A DNA stretch of 25,331 nucleotides. Source: a virus. How positions within the stretch are numbered: the first letter of the stretch is position 1; each line of letters begins with the position of its first letter. Under the pieces are notes generated by a model. That model saw only the letters and a list, made by a program, of their open reading frames with translations, had not been told where the DNA came from and ran no database searches. The stretch lies in the IMG/VR virus record IMGVR_UViG_3300010355_001591; one strand, given 5' to 3'. Made by a program: the position numbers and the translations under genes. Shown here in pieces: positions 7,431 through 15,951 of the stretch.

Positions 7431-7661
7431 ATGAGTAAACTATCTGAACGCCGCAAAGAAAGAAGAATTAAGCAACTGAAAGAAGAAGTTGCGATATGCC
7501 GAGAAGCAGGATTTACCAATAATGAGGATATAAGCAGGATTATGCTATATAGACAACTTAACTATACAGCATCACTATTGTCTGAGAATCAGTGGATTGG
7601 CATGATCATTTTGATGCTTTTAGCATTTATAGCATTTATAATAGTAGAGCTCGCTCTTTGA
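7431..7661 (+). CDS. 76-aa protein, basic N-terminus and C-terminal TM, between the 62-bp repeats
   Basis: ORF track; hydrophobic C-terminus. Confidence 0.7.
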   Translation: MSKLSERRKERRIKQLKEEVAICREAGFTNNEDISRIMLYRQLNYTASLLSENQWIGMIILMLLAFIAFIIVELAL

Positions 7662-7733
7662 TCAAACATGATATTTATATATAGTAGTAGGTAAAAACAT
7701 AATTTTTAAAATCTATGCGTTTCAGACAAAACC

Positions 7734-7795
7734 AAAAAAAGAAAAAAACAACAAAATAAAAAAGATAAAAAAGAGTGACCATGTCGATAATAATA
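7734..7795 (+). repeat. 62-bp direct repeat, copy 2
   Basis: Identical to 7363-7424. Confidence 0.9.
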
Positions 7796-7894
7796 ACGCC
7801 GATCATTGAGTATGCATTCCAGCTTGCATATCCGCTTGGCATGTCAATAGGTACGATAATCGGTGAGTTATTGCAGTCTTTGGTGAGGGGATGA
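7781..7894 (+). CDS. Hydrophobic microprotein, 37 aa (MSIIITPIIEYAFQLAYPLGMSIGTIIGELLQSLVRG)
   Basis: Translated by hand; GAGTGA RBS; tightly packed operon. Confidence 0.6.
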   Translation: MSIIITPIIEYAFQLAYPLGMSIGTIIGELLQSLVRG

Positions 7895-7901
7895 TGATCT
7901 T

Positions 7902-8045
7902 ATGGTAGGTCTTGCTATCGATCTGTTTTGTCCGTCTCCATACGCTGTTACGCTTGTTCTATACATGATACCAAACTTCATACAAGGGCTTGTGGATGGC
8001 GTCATGGGTTCTATAAGCGTTATAACCACAAGTTTAGGGAAGTGA
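7902..8045 (+). CDS. Hydrophobic microprotein, 47 aa (MVGLAIDLFCPSP...TSLGK)
   Basis: Translated by hand; GGTGAGG RBS. Confidence 0.65.
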   Translation: MVGLAIDLFCPSPYAVTLVLYMIPNFIQGLVDGVMGSISVITTSLGK

Positions 8046-8051
8046 TCTCTC

Positions 8052-8186
8052 ATGATAATTTATGAGCTGATGATAAATGCGGTTTGCACTGCGATCACAT
8101 ATCCAGTTGAGGAGCTTCTATTAACGATAGTTGACTCGGCACAGAGGGTTTTAGCAGACGTTTTTGCTGGTCTTTTTAACCGATGA
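8052..8186 (+). CDS. Amphipathic microprotein, 44 aa (MIIYELMINAVCTAITYP...)
   Basis: Translated by hand; GGAAGTGA RBS. Confidence 0.6.
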   Translation: MIIYELMINAVCTAITYPVEELLLTIVDSAQRVLADVFAGLFNR

Positions 8187-8195
8187 TGATGTTCC

Positions 8196-8366
8196 ATGAT
8201 GATCTATCAGGGATTTTGGAATTATGCATGCGATCTTATCCAGATACCTATACAAGAGACAATCAAATGGGTTTGTCTCTCTCTCATATATTTGGATTGG
8301 ATTTCATTGGTTAAAACTGGTATGGATTCTATGATAGGATATATATCTGGAATGGTGAATAAATAA
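8196..8366 (+). CDS. Amphipathic microprotein, 56 aa (MMIYQGFWNYACDLIQIP...)
   Basis: Translated by hand; TAATG overlap with the next ORF. Confidence 0.6.
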   Translation: MMIYQGFWNYACDLIQIPIQETIKWVCLSLIYLDWISLVKTGMDSMIGYISGMVNK

Positions 8367-8575
8367 TGGATTGTGTGGCGGCATGGATAGGAAACTGTGT
8401 AGGAATGGGAGATCTTGCAATAAAGACCACACTTCTTTTATGCCCATCAATAGATCCATTATGTATCGGATTGGCTTTGCGTGAGCTAATATCGCCGGTA
8501 ATACCTAGACTGAACGAGATCGCAGCATCAGTAAGAAGCATGCTAGAAGGATTAGGCGGGTTGGTGGGAGGCTAA
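8366..8575 (+). CDS. Cys/Gly-containing hydrophobic protein, 69 aa
   Basis: ORF track; GGTGA RBS; translationally coupled. Confidence 0.7.
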   Translation: MDCVAAWIGNCVGMGDLAIKTTLLLCPSIDPLCIGLALRELISPVIPRLNEIAASVRSMLEGLGGLVGG

Positions 8576-8578
8576 AAC

Positions 8579-8806
8579 ATGGATATGGTGTTTATATTAG
8601 GCGCTGGATTTGTTGGTGATGTTGCATCGATCTGTATGTCTGATATACCGCTCTGTATCAATTGGTTCGCGGCTGCATTATCACAGACGATACCAACGTT
8701 AACATCGTTTGTTGCACCTGTGTGCGGTTATGTCATAAATGTTGGGGCTAATTTTATAGTTAGCTCTGCGTCTCAGATTGTCAATATGATTCTTGGAACG
8801 GGATGA
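8579..8806 (+). CDS. Cys-containing hydrophobic protein, 75 aa
   Basis: ORF track; GGAGG RBS. Confidence 0.7.
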   Translation: MDMVFILGAGFVGDVASICMSDIPLCINWFAAALSQTIPTLTSFVAPVCGYVINVGANFIVSSASQIVNMILGTG

Positions 8807-8812
8807 TCAGTT

Positions 8813-9034
8813 ATGGAAACAATTTTAATCGTTTGGATGTATTTATTGGTGTTGTTTGTCTTGCTGCCGCTCATCATCATATTTTTAATAATGCGGGTGC
8901 TCCCATACAATATCAAACGGCTTGAAGATAAGATTGAAGATAAGACTGATGGTGTGCGTGGCGGTATCGAAAGATTTATAAACAACATTAACGATTTAAT
9001 AGAAATAGAAATAAATAATCGTAAAAAAACATAA
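8813..9034 (+). CDS. Bitopic membrane protein, 73 aa (N-terminal TM, charged helical tail)
   Basis: ORF track; hydrophobic residues 4-30. Confidence 0.75.
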   Translation: METILIVWMYLLVLFVLLPLIIIFLIMRVLPYNIKRLEDKIEDKTDGVRGGIERFINNINDLIEIEINNRKKT

Positions 9035-9094
9035 TGATGATTTAACCAACTCACCGAGCAAGGCGTCACAAAGGATTAAAAGAGGAGATAAATC

Positions 9095-12000
9095 ATGGTT
9101 GGATTTGAAGCATTCCTGCTGTTGTGCATCGTGTTTCCGGCGATGCTCTTCCTCTTTATCCTAATCCTGTTCTTATTCTTATCGGTTTTTGTGGCGGGAT
9201 CATTCTTTATCTGCGGAACGGCAGTCTGTATTTTGCTTGTAGGAGTCTCACTGATAACAGTTCTCGGTCTCGGAGGCATAGCATCCCTTGTTTGTCTCGG
9301 ATTACTGTTCTGCACCGGACTTTGCATTTTAACGGCCGGATTTTTAACCTGTTGTAGTTTACCGTGCCTACCCTGCTTCTTATGTGCCTTGCTGATACCC
9401 CTATCGTTTGTCGGGGTTGGCATCTGTTTTGCTTTTGCATTATTCGGGCTGGCTATCCCGATCGTCTGTGTATCGATCACGATACCTGCATTTTTAATAT
9501 TCATGTTCTCAATGGCAGTTTTGCCACCCCCGCTATCCTGTCTGCTTTGCGGTTGTCTGTCTGTTCTATATATAATATATCCATTTGGTCTAATTTGTGG
9601 ATCTATTGGTGGTTTAATCGGTTGCTATTTATTCTGCGGGATTGGGTGTCTGCCAGGATGCATTATAGGATGGTTATGTGGGTTATGTCTTGATTTTGTT
9701 CTTATTTGTATAATTATCGTTGGCATCTTCATGTTTATAATAGGAGTCGTCTTCTGTATCATAGGACCATTCTTCTGCATCATAGAACCATTCCTCTGTA
9801 TCATAGGATTCATCCCATGTATCATAGGAGCCTACTTCTGTATCATAGGATTCATCCCATGTATCCTCGGACCCGTCTTCTGTATCATAGGAGCCTACTT
9901 CTGTATCATCGGAGCCGTCATCTGTATCATTCCAATATCTGGTTGGATCATCGGACCCATTATGATTATCATTGGAGCCGTCATCTGTATCATCGGAGCC
10001 TACTTCTGCATCATAGAACCATTCCTCTGTATCATAGGAGTCACCCCATGTATCATCGGAGCCGTCTTCTGTATCATAGGATTCATCCCATGTATCGCAG
10101 GAGCCGTCTTCTGTATCATAGGAGCCTACTTCTGTATCATCGGAGCCGTCTTCCGTATCATCGGACCCATTATGATTATCATTGGATCAGTCCTCATCAT
10201 TATAGGCATCTCTGCCACCTCCGCCCCGTTTTTATGTATCGCTCTCCTCCTCGCCATCGCCGTCTTCATCGTAACCAACATTATCCGCCACATCATTGAA
10301 CTCGTTCTGATCTGCCTCGTCCTTATCATCGTGCCGTGCCTAACCGTGCCGATCGTGGTGTTCGGGTTCCTGGCGATGCTGGGGTTCGCCTTATGTTTGG
10401 GGCTGATACCGTGTGTAGGGTTTGCGGTTTGTATAGGATGGATCATCTGCGGGTTTATTAGCTGGATCGGGAGCTGGCTGGGAATATTTATACTTTATAT
10501 AATATACGTGGCAATAGGAGTGGTATTCTTAATTATATTTGTAATTCTTCTTATTATAGGAATAATTGCCGCTATTTGTCAGATAGTACCTTGTATTGGA
10601 ACACCTTGTTATATGTTTATTGTGGTCTTAATGTTAATAATCCTAACAGTTTTTGCCTTGTTCTATTCAGTATATGGACCGTGCATAATGATTCTTACAA
10701 GTATATTTGGGATTTTTGCTTTCCCATTCTCAATACCAATGTTATTATTTAGCATTCTCTGGTTATTAACGGCACAAACTGTTATGACCATAGTATTTGC
10801 AATGATGATCTTTCTTGGCGCATTATTTTTATCATATTCGCCACTTACGTTTTGCCCGATCATTGGATATATAATGTTTTTCATCTTCGGTATTCCTACC
10901 CTAATTGGTGCAATCATTATTCTTGGCATACTTAGTATTATTTGCATTATCATCGCTGTAATATTTGGTGCTCTAACCCTTGCATCCGCATTCTTCTGTA
11001 ACTGGCTCGGTTTCGTAATCGTCCCGATAATCATCTTCATAGAAAGCATAATCGTTCTGGTAATCCTCGTCTCGATCATCGTGCTTATATCGGCTGCGGC
11101 ACTGCTAACAGGGATAATGTTCATAGTATCGGTCGTGGCAGTATTATGCTGTATCGGAGGGCTATTTGTCTCATCGGCACTCTGCATTACGGGGATAATC
11201 GGATCGATCGCCTGTCTCATCCTATCCATAATCGGGGCGATCTGCATCGTTCTCGGATCGATCTGTTTTATAACATTTGTCTTATCTTGTATCTGTTCGC
11301 TGGTGGTCTGTTCGCCTACCTTATTTCTTGCCTTGCTTTTAACTGGAGCGATCGGTCTCGTTCTGGCGTTAGCCATCATATTCTGTTCTCTGGTTCTCGG
11401 AGTGATGTGTCTTGCCGTAGCTCCGTTAACGCTGACTGTATCAATCATAGCGTTATCTGTGGTTCTATGCGGATTGATTGCCTTGGTGCTGGCGTTATCA
11501 ATTTTATGTGCAGGGATAACCATCGTGCTGGCGTTATGTCTGGCGGCTACACTGGCGATTATTGGCGTCTTCTTATGCTTAGCCATAATTTGTTTATCTT
11601 TGACCGCATTGGTTTTATCACTTGGAATAATCGCATCAGGTCTATTGATAATGCTATTCGGATGTTGTCTATTCCCATTCGGAGGTTTAATCTGTATAAT
11701 ACTCGGATTGAGCGTGGCATGTCTCGGATTAACCGCATTGGTCTTAGCTTTAACAACGCTTTGCTTATCATCGGCAGCCTGTTTACTACTCTCGATCGGA
11801 TTCTGTCTCACCGCTCTTTGTTGCATGATGGCAACCGCCATACCGTTCTTTACGCTTGTAATAATCTGTCTCATACTAACGATTACGTTTATAGCGGGAT
11901 CGGTGCTCTGTCTTTCCCTATTGATCCTGCTGGTTAGCATAACTGGAATTGTTGCTGCCATGCTTCTCTGTCTGTTCGGATTTATTATTTTTGCTCTCGC

Positions 12001-12448
12001 ATTATCGATTCTGACTTTAGGCTGTGCTGGTTTCACCTGTCTGATGATCTCAATAGCGTTAGCATTGGCAATAACCGCCTTAATAGCAGGAATCCTCCTC
12101 CCGATCTGCCTGATTTTAACCGCCGGAGCTTGGGGGATCTTCTTTATTCTTCTTTCAATATTGATCGGGCTGGGGATAATCTTTGGAATACTTGTTATAA
12201 TAGCATTAATTTTTATCTGTATCATTTTCTTAATCCTGTTGACGCCACCAGCTCTTTTGTTAGCCATCTGTTTGGCGTTGGTTGTTGTGGCAGCATTTGC
12301 GGCCTGTATTGTGGCTGCAATAGCAGGGCTTTATATCGTAGTAACAATCGCTCAATCTCTGCTTGTGGGCGGGGGCGGCGGTTTAAGTATGCTCTGGTCG
12401 GCTTGCTTGTCGTCTGCTCAAACAATATATGCAGGGATATTCGGATAA
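9095..12448 (+). CDS. Giant, essentially uncharged Cys-rich hydrophobic protein, 1117 aa; function unknown
   Basis: 3.35-kb uninterrupted ORF with GAGGAG RBS; hand count 0 K, 2 R, 1 D, 5 E and about 90 C. Confidence 0.85.
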   Translation: MVGFEAFLLLCIVFPAMLFLFILILFLFLSVFVAGSFFICGTAVCILLVGVSLITVLGLGGIASLVCLGLLFCTGLCILTAGFLTCCSLPCLPCFLCALLIPLSFVGVGICFAFALFGLAIPIVCVSITIPAFLIFMFSMAVLPPPLSCLLCGCLSVLYIIYPFGLICGSIGGLIGCYLFCGIGCLPGCIIGWLCGLCLDFVLICIIIVGIFMFIIGVVFCIIGPFFCIIEPFLCIIGFIPCIIGAYFCIIGFIPCILGPVFCIIGAYFCIIGAVICIIPISGWIIGPIMIIIGAVICIIGAYFCIIEPFLCIIGVTPCIIGAVFCIIGFIPCIAGAVFCIIGAYFCIIGAVFRIIGPIMIIIGSVLIIIGISATSAPFLCIALLLAIAVFIVTNIIRHIIELVLICLVLIIVPCLTVPIVVFGFLAMLGFALCLGLIPCVGFAVCIGWIICGFISWIGSWLGIFILYIIYVAIGVVFLIIFVILLIIGIIAAICQIVPCIGTPCYMFIVVLMLIILTVFALFYSVYGPCIMILTSIFGIFAFPFSIPMLLFSILWLLTAQTVMTIVFAMMIFLGALFLSYSPLTFCPIIGYIMFFIFGIPTLIGAIIILGILSIICIIIAVIFGALTLASAFFCNWLGFVIVPIIIFIESIIVLVILVSIIVLISAAALLTGIMFIVSVVAVLCCIGGLFVSSALCITGIIGSIACLILSIIGAICIVLGSICFITFVLSCICSLVVCSPTLFLALLLTGAIGLVLALAIIFCSLVLGVMCLAVAPLTLTVSIIALSVVLCGLIALVLALSILCAGITIVLALCLAATLAIIGVFLCLAIICLSLTALVLSLGIIASGLLIMLFGCCLFPFGGLICIILGLSVACLGLTALVLALTTLCLSSAACLLLSIGFCLTALCCMMATAIPFFTLVIICLILTITFIAGSVLCLSLLILLVSITGIVAAMLLCLFGFIIFALALSILTLGCAGFTCLMISIALALAITALIAGILLPICLILTAGAWGIFFILLSILIGLGIIFGILVIIALIFICIIFLILLTPPALLLAICLALVVVAAFAACIVAAIAGLYIVVTIAQSLLVGGGGGLSMLWSACLSSAQTIYAGIFG
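9755..10195 (+). repeat. Degenerate 21-bp tandem repeat (about 21 units) encoding heptads CIIG(A/P/F)xx
   Basis: TGTATCAT(A/C)GGA recurs every 21 bp; units include CIIGAYF, CIIGFIP, CIIEPFL and CIIGAVF. Confidence 0.9.
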
Positions 12449-12548
12449 AACCTTGAACAATCTCCTTTTTTGAGAAAGAAAAAACGATAATATTAAATAT
12501 TTAAATAATCTATATTTCTAATATTATAATAATAGATCAGGATAAAAT

Positions 12549-12692
12549 ATGGGCTTTATATCATGGGCAACTAATTTTGTGTGTATGTTTTGGAATGGGA
12601 TAGGAGGGTTTGCCGCTCTCAATGTAATAGGAAAACATATATTTAATCTGTTCGAATATCTTGGTAATATTGTTGCTAGCATAGGGAAGTGA
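12549..12692 (+). CDS. Amphipathic microprotein, 47 aa (MGFISWATNFVCMFWNGIGG...SIGK)
   Basis: Translated by hand; follows an AT-rich promoter-like gap. Confidence 0.6.
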   Translation: MGFISWATNFVCMFWNGIGGFAALNVIGKHIFNLFEYLGNIVASIGK

Positions 12693-12699
12693 TCTGTAA

Positions 12700-13662
12700 A
12701 TGGGCATGAGAGATAAATCTCTACAGGCATCATCTATTTTTATCGTGGTATTACTCTTAATGACCATAACCGTTCCCGTGATGACAGCACCCACTGCATC
12801 TGCTACAGCATGCAACATACTCCCTCCGTGGGGGGTGGGGATAGGCTTATGTGATTTTGTTGGATGCTGCGATGTTGTATCGATCCTAAACGTCTTCAAT
12901 TGTTTCAACCTTATAAACATTCTTGGGATTGTTGCAAACTGTTTCTCTGGAGTTAATTATTCTGTAGAATGCGGCTGGAACTTTCTATCGTATTGTATCT
13001 GGCCGTGTACTCTCTTTAACTGTTTTAACGTTCTTGATATGTTTTCTGGAAGAGTAACATGTTTCAATCTGATACAGGTGATGTCTGGGATATGCAACTT
13101 TGCTAATGTAATTGATATTCTATCTGGTGCATGTATTAATCTCATGAGCGTTGTTAAACTTGGATCTGGTCTATTTCCACCGTTCATCGCATCTGGTGGC
13201 TGTCTAAATATAGGAACTGGATGTAATCCGTGCAATCCTCTTCTTCCTGTTTGTGTTAATACGGGGTTAACAGATTGCCTAAATGTGTTATTCCTGCCAC
13301 TTACTATCATAATGTCGGTAGTATCATCGATAGCACTGCCGTTTATGTCGTTGTGGGGCACTGCTTTATCCCCGGTCTTAACTGGTATGAGTTATAATGA
13401 GATGGGTGTGGCTGTTATTGGGTGTGTAGAGAATCCAATGAGCATTATACCTATGGTTACTGGATGTATTAAATCGTTTTTATATTCGATCGGATTAATA
13501 GACATACTTGGAGATCTCGGATCTATCTGTTCCGGTTGCCTTGGCTGGATACTATCAAAAATTATGGGGTTATGCCAATCTGCTGGTGTGTTAAACTGGA
13601 TTACAAATTTCATGTTTGGATCGATGGCTAAATATCTGCCTATGAACATAGGGTTTGCGTAA
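12700..13662 (+). CDS. Signal-peptide-bearing Cys-rich hydrophobic protein, 320 aa
   Basis: N-terminal h-region ending TASA; short repeats such as NCFNLINIL/NCFNVLDMF; many Cys. Confidence 0.8.
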   Translation: MGMRDKSLQASSIFIVVLLLMTITVPVMTAPTASATACNILPPWGVGIGLCDFVGCCDVVSILNVFNCFNLINILGIVANCFSGVNYSVECGWNFLSYCIWPCTLFNCFNVLDMFSGRVTCFNLIQVMSGICNFANVIDILSGACINLMSVVKLGSGLFPPFIASGGCLNIGTGCNPCNPLLPVCVNTGLTDCLNVLFLPLTIIMSVVSSIALPFMSLWGTALSPVLTGMSYNEMGVAVIGCVENPMSIIPMVTGCIKSFLYSIGLIDILGDLGSICSGCLGWILSKIMGLCQSAGVLNWITNFMFGSMAKYLPMNIGFA

Positions 13663-13664
13663 CT

Positions 13665-14426
13665 ATGGCTAAGAGAAAAATATTCATTAAGGGAGATCCT
13701 CAACGAGAGGTTAGAGGCAAGAAGTTACAGCGTGAATCGGAAGAGATGATGCGGCAGGCTCGACCGATGATGCGGTGGATGAAATATATCAAGTATTTTA
13801 TGCCACTGATGATCATTGCGTTCATATTTATGATCTTGATGTTCATCCCCGGATCTCCTGTCATGGGCTGGATGATGAAGAATATCATGGGTAACATGTT
13901 TAAAAGCGAGGCAGGGGCAGCTGATATACTAAACCCAGATTCTCCGATGTTTAAAAAAATGATGGAGAACATGGAGACAAACCCGGAATGGATGAAATCA
14001 ATGATCGAACAACATCCGGAGATGCTCGAGGGAGTGATAGATGAAAGAATGATGAAGAACATGATGAACGCCGATACGATCGAGACGATGATCACCGCAA
14101 TGCCTCCAGAAACGATGAACAAGATGATGGCTCAAATGATGAAAGATAACCCAGCAATGCTACAGGATATGATGACCGATATGATCAAGAACAACCCGCA
14201 GATGCTGCAATCGATGTTCTCAAACATGGATGAGGCTACGATGAACCAGATGTTCTCCACGATTATGAAAGACTATAACATGGTAATGACGGGTGGAGAG
14301 ATGGTGATCAAGTTGCCTCCAGATACAGCCAAACTGATAGGTCACGAGTATGTGGTGGTAGAGATCACGAGCGATATGGGCATGAAAGATATGCAGTTCT
14401 CTATGCAGAAAAAACAAAATACTTAA
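13665..14426 (+). CDS. Met-rich (about 20%) membrane-anchored helical-repeat protein, 253 aa
   Basis: TM FMPLMIIAFIFMILMFIP; repeated MMxxNP(E/A/Q)ML motifs; about 50 Met by hand count. Confidence 0.85.
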   Translation: MAKRKIFIKGDPQREVRGKKLQRESEEMMRQARPMMRWMKYIKYFMPLMIIAFIFMILMFIPGSPVMGWMMKNIMGNMFKSEAGAADILNPDSPMFKKMMENMETNPEWMKSMIEQHPEMLEGVIDERMMKNMMNADTIETMITAMPPETMNKMMAQMMKDNPAMLQDMMTDMIKNNPQMLQSMFSNMDEATMNQMFSTIMKDYNMVMTGGEMVIKLPPDTAKLIGHEYVVVEITSDMGMKDMQFSMQKKQNT

Positions 14427-14511
14427 ATATATCGTTAATGATAATATAATATTCAATCATCAAAATATATAGATTAGTTAATAAATAAAATAGATACAAT
14501 ATAGATATAAT

Positions 14512-14742
14512 ATGGACACGTTCTGTGCATTTTTGAGCTGTGCAAGCACATGGATTGGAAATATTAGCATTATTACATCGCTAATAGAGACATATCTTGG
14601 CGGAACATTATCTGCATTGGTTGGTGGTGGCTGCTCAACTATAATAGATCAGAGTATTGCATTTATCGCTCCTCCAATACAGGCATGTTTTACGACAGTT
14701 GGTTCAATAATAAGTAAAATTATCGCTGCGATAGGAGTATAA
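14512..14742 (+). CDS. Hydrophobic Cys-containing protein, 76 aa
   Basis: ORF track; follows a promoter-like AT tract. Confidence 0.7.
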   Translation: MDTFCAFLSCASTWIGNISIITSLIETYLGGTLSALVGGGCSTIIDQSIAFIAPPIQACFTTVGSIISKIIAAIGV

Positions 14743-14745
14743 AAG

Positions 14746-15195
14746 ATGGGTGCGATATTGGGCAGTATAGTAGCTGGAATGATAAGTATTATTGGAGAGT
14801 TACTTGGTGGAATGGTTGGTGCTGGGATTGGCTGTATGAAATCAACTGTGATGGACGTTGGGATACCCGGAATATTTAGTATATTTTCAACAGTAATTGG
14901 TGGTGGTGCTGGAACATTACTTGGTGGTGGTGCTGGAACATTACTTGGTGGTGGAATGGGATCTATAATAGGTATTATAGGAACAGCATTAGGAGGCATA
15001 GGAACAGCATTAGGAGGCATAGGTACAATGTTTGGGGGTATGGGATTGATTCCAAGCATTCTGGGTTTAGTTCTCGGAGGTATTGGTGGTATCGGTGGTA
15101 GTGCACTGAATTTACTTCTAAATGTATTCTCAATGATTGAACCAATAATCGGCTCAGTTGTTGCGGCACTGATTGGTCTTATACCAATCATTTAG
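14746..15195 (+). CDS. Gly-rich hydrophobic (GxxxG, glycine-zipper-like) protein, 149 aa
   Basis: AGGAG RBS; internal tandem repeats. Confidence 0.8.
   Translation: MGAILGSIVAGMISIIGELLGGMVGAGIGCMKSTVMDVGIPGIFSIFSTVIGGGAGTLLGGGAGTLLGGGMGSIIGIIGTALGGIGTALGGIGTMFGGMGLIPSILGLVLGGIGGIGGSALNLLLNVFSMIEPIIGSVVAALIGLIPII
14897..15027 (+). repeat. Two in-frame tandem duplications (24 bp x2+ and 21 bp x2+)
   Basis: TTGGTGGTGGTGCTGGAACATTAC at 14897 and 14921; ATAGGAACAGCATTAGGAGGC at 14977 and 14998. Confidence 0.9.
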
Positions 15196-15241
15196 GTATA
15201 TCATCTAAAAACATTAAAATTAAAAATAAGAGGATCTAAAA

Positions 15242-15565
15242 ATGTGCATGACAACAGGGATATGTAGTGGTCTGATAGGTATATCTTCAGCGGTTTGCTC
15301 AATATGTTTTGGTGGTATTGCATCAATACTCGGTATATTTGGGTTGTTATCAGCTTGTGGTATTGGTGTCTGCGGCGTATTTGGGTTTGGTTCTATAATG
15401 GCTTGTATGCTCGGGATTGGAGCAGTGCTTGGATTATTTGGTACAACAATCGCAATGATTCTGGGAGATTCTACAATTGCAGGCTATCTAAGCTATTTCC
15501 AAACATTTATTACACAAGGAGGGAATCTGTTTGATGCGTGCCGGATTTGTATCGCAGGGAAATAA
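15242..15565 (+). CDS. Cys/Gly-rich hydrophobic protein, 107 aa
   Basis: GAGGA RBS; ends CRICIAGK. Confidence 0.75.
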   Translation: MCMTTGICSGLIGISSAVCSICFGGIASILGIFGLLSACGIGVCGVFGFGSIMACMLGIGAVLGLFGTTIAMILGDSTIAGYLSYFQTFITQGGNLFDACRICIAGK

Positions 15566-15572
15566 ACGGTCT

Positions 15573-15719
15573 ATGGCATCACTAATTATAGATGATGCAG
15601 CGATAGCGACCGGGTATCAAGTGATCAATCTTGGTATTGTCTTATTTGGTACAACAATGAGCGAAGGCATGAAATGTATTAGTCTATTATATCGGTGGTG
15701 CTGGGGCGGAGTTGTTTAA
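15573..15719 (+). CDS. Hydrophobic microprotein, 48 aa (MASLIIDDAAIATG...RWCWGGVV)
   Basis: 3' part of track ORF 15531-15719; start reassigned to follow the previous stop. Confidence 0.55.
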   Translation: MASLIIDDAAIATGYQVINLGIVLFGTTMSEGMKCISLLYRWCWGGVV

Positions 15720-15768
15720 GCAAAAATGATAAATGAAAGATAAATTAAAAACGAGGTGATTTTAAATT

Positions 15769-15924
15769 ATGGCAGGAATTGTATTTGGGGCGTTAGGAAT
15801 GATTACCGGCAGCATTGGTGCATTGCTTGGATCATTAAGCACATGCACAATAATGATTGATAGGATTGCCGATATTGCATCAAACCTAATAGAATGTTGT
15901 TTTGTGGGTATTCCATATTATTAA
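15769..15924 (+). CDS. Hydrophobic microprotein, 51 aa (MAGIVFGALGMITG...IECCFVGIPYY)
   Basis: Translated by hand; GAGGTGA RBS. Confidence 0.7.
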   Translation: MAGIVFGALGMITGSIGALLGSLSTCTIMIDRIADIASNLIECCFVGIPYY

Positions 15925-15951
15925 TAATAATCAAAATAAGAGGATAAAATA

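Noticed and set aside
8813-9034. Holin
   Set aside because: Single-TM topology is non-specific, no endolysin or pseudomurein endopeptidase was seen, and spindle-shaped viruses typically exit by budding or extrusion
9706-10299. 197-aa His/Arg/Tyr-rich repeat ORF (YHRSLLL) as a metal-binding protein
   Set aside because: An alternative-frame reading of the 21-bp repeat inside the 1117-aa gene, with no independent initiation signal
10663-12267. 534-aa antisense ORF (also 9076-9504 and other minus-strand ORFs over hydrophobic genes)
   Set aside because: In this frame a stop needs A at the second codon position of the sense gene, and those codons (K, E, D, N, Q, H, Y) are nearly absent; the open frame is a compositional shadow with no RBS
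9095-12448. Multiheme cytochrome or conventional transporter
   Set aside because: No CxxCH motifs (a single His in the protein), no polar loops and no transporter signature
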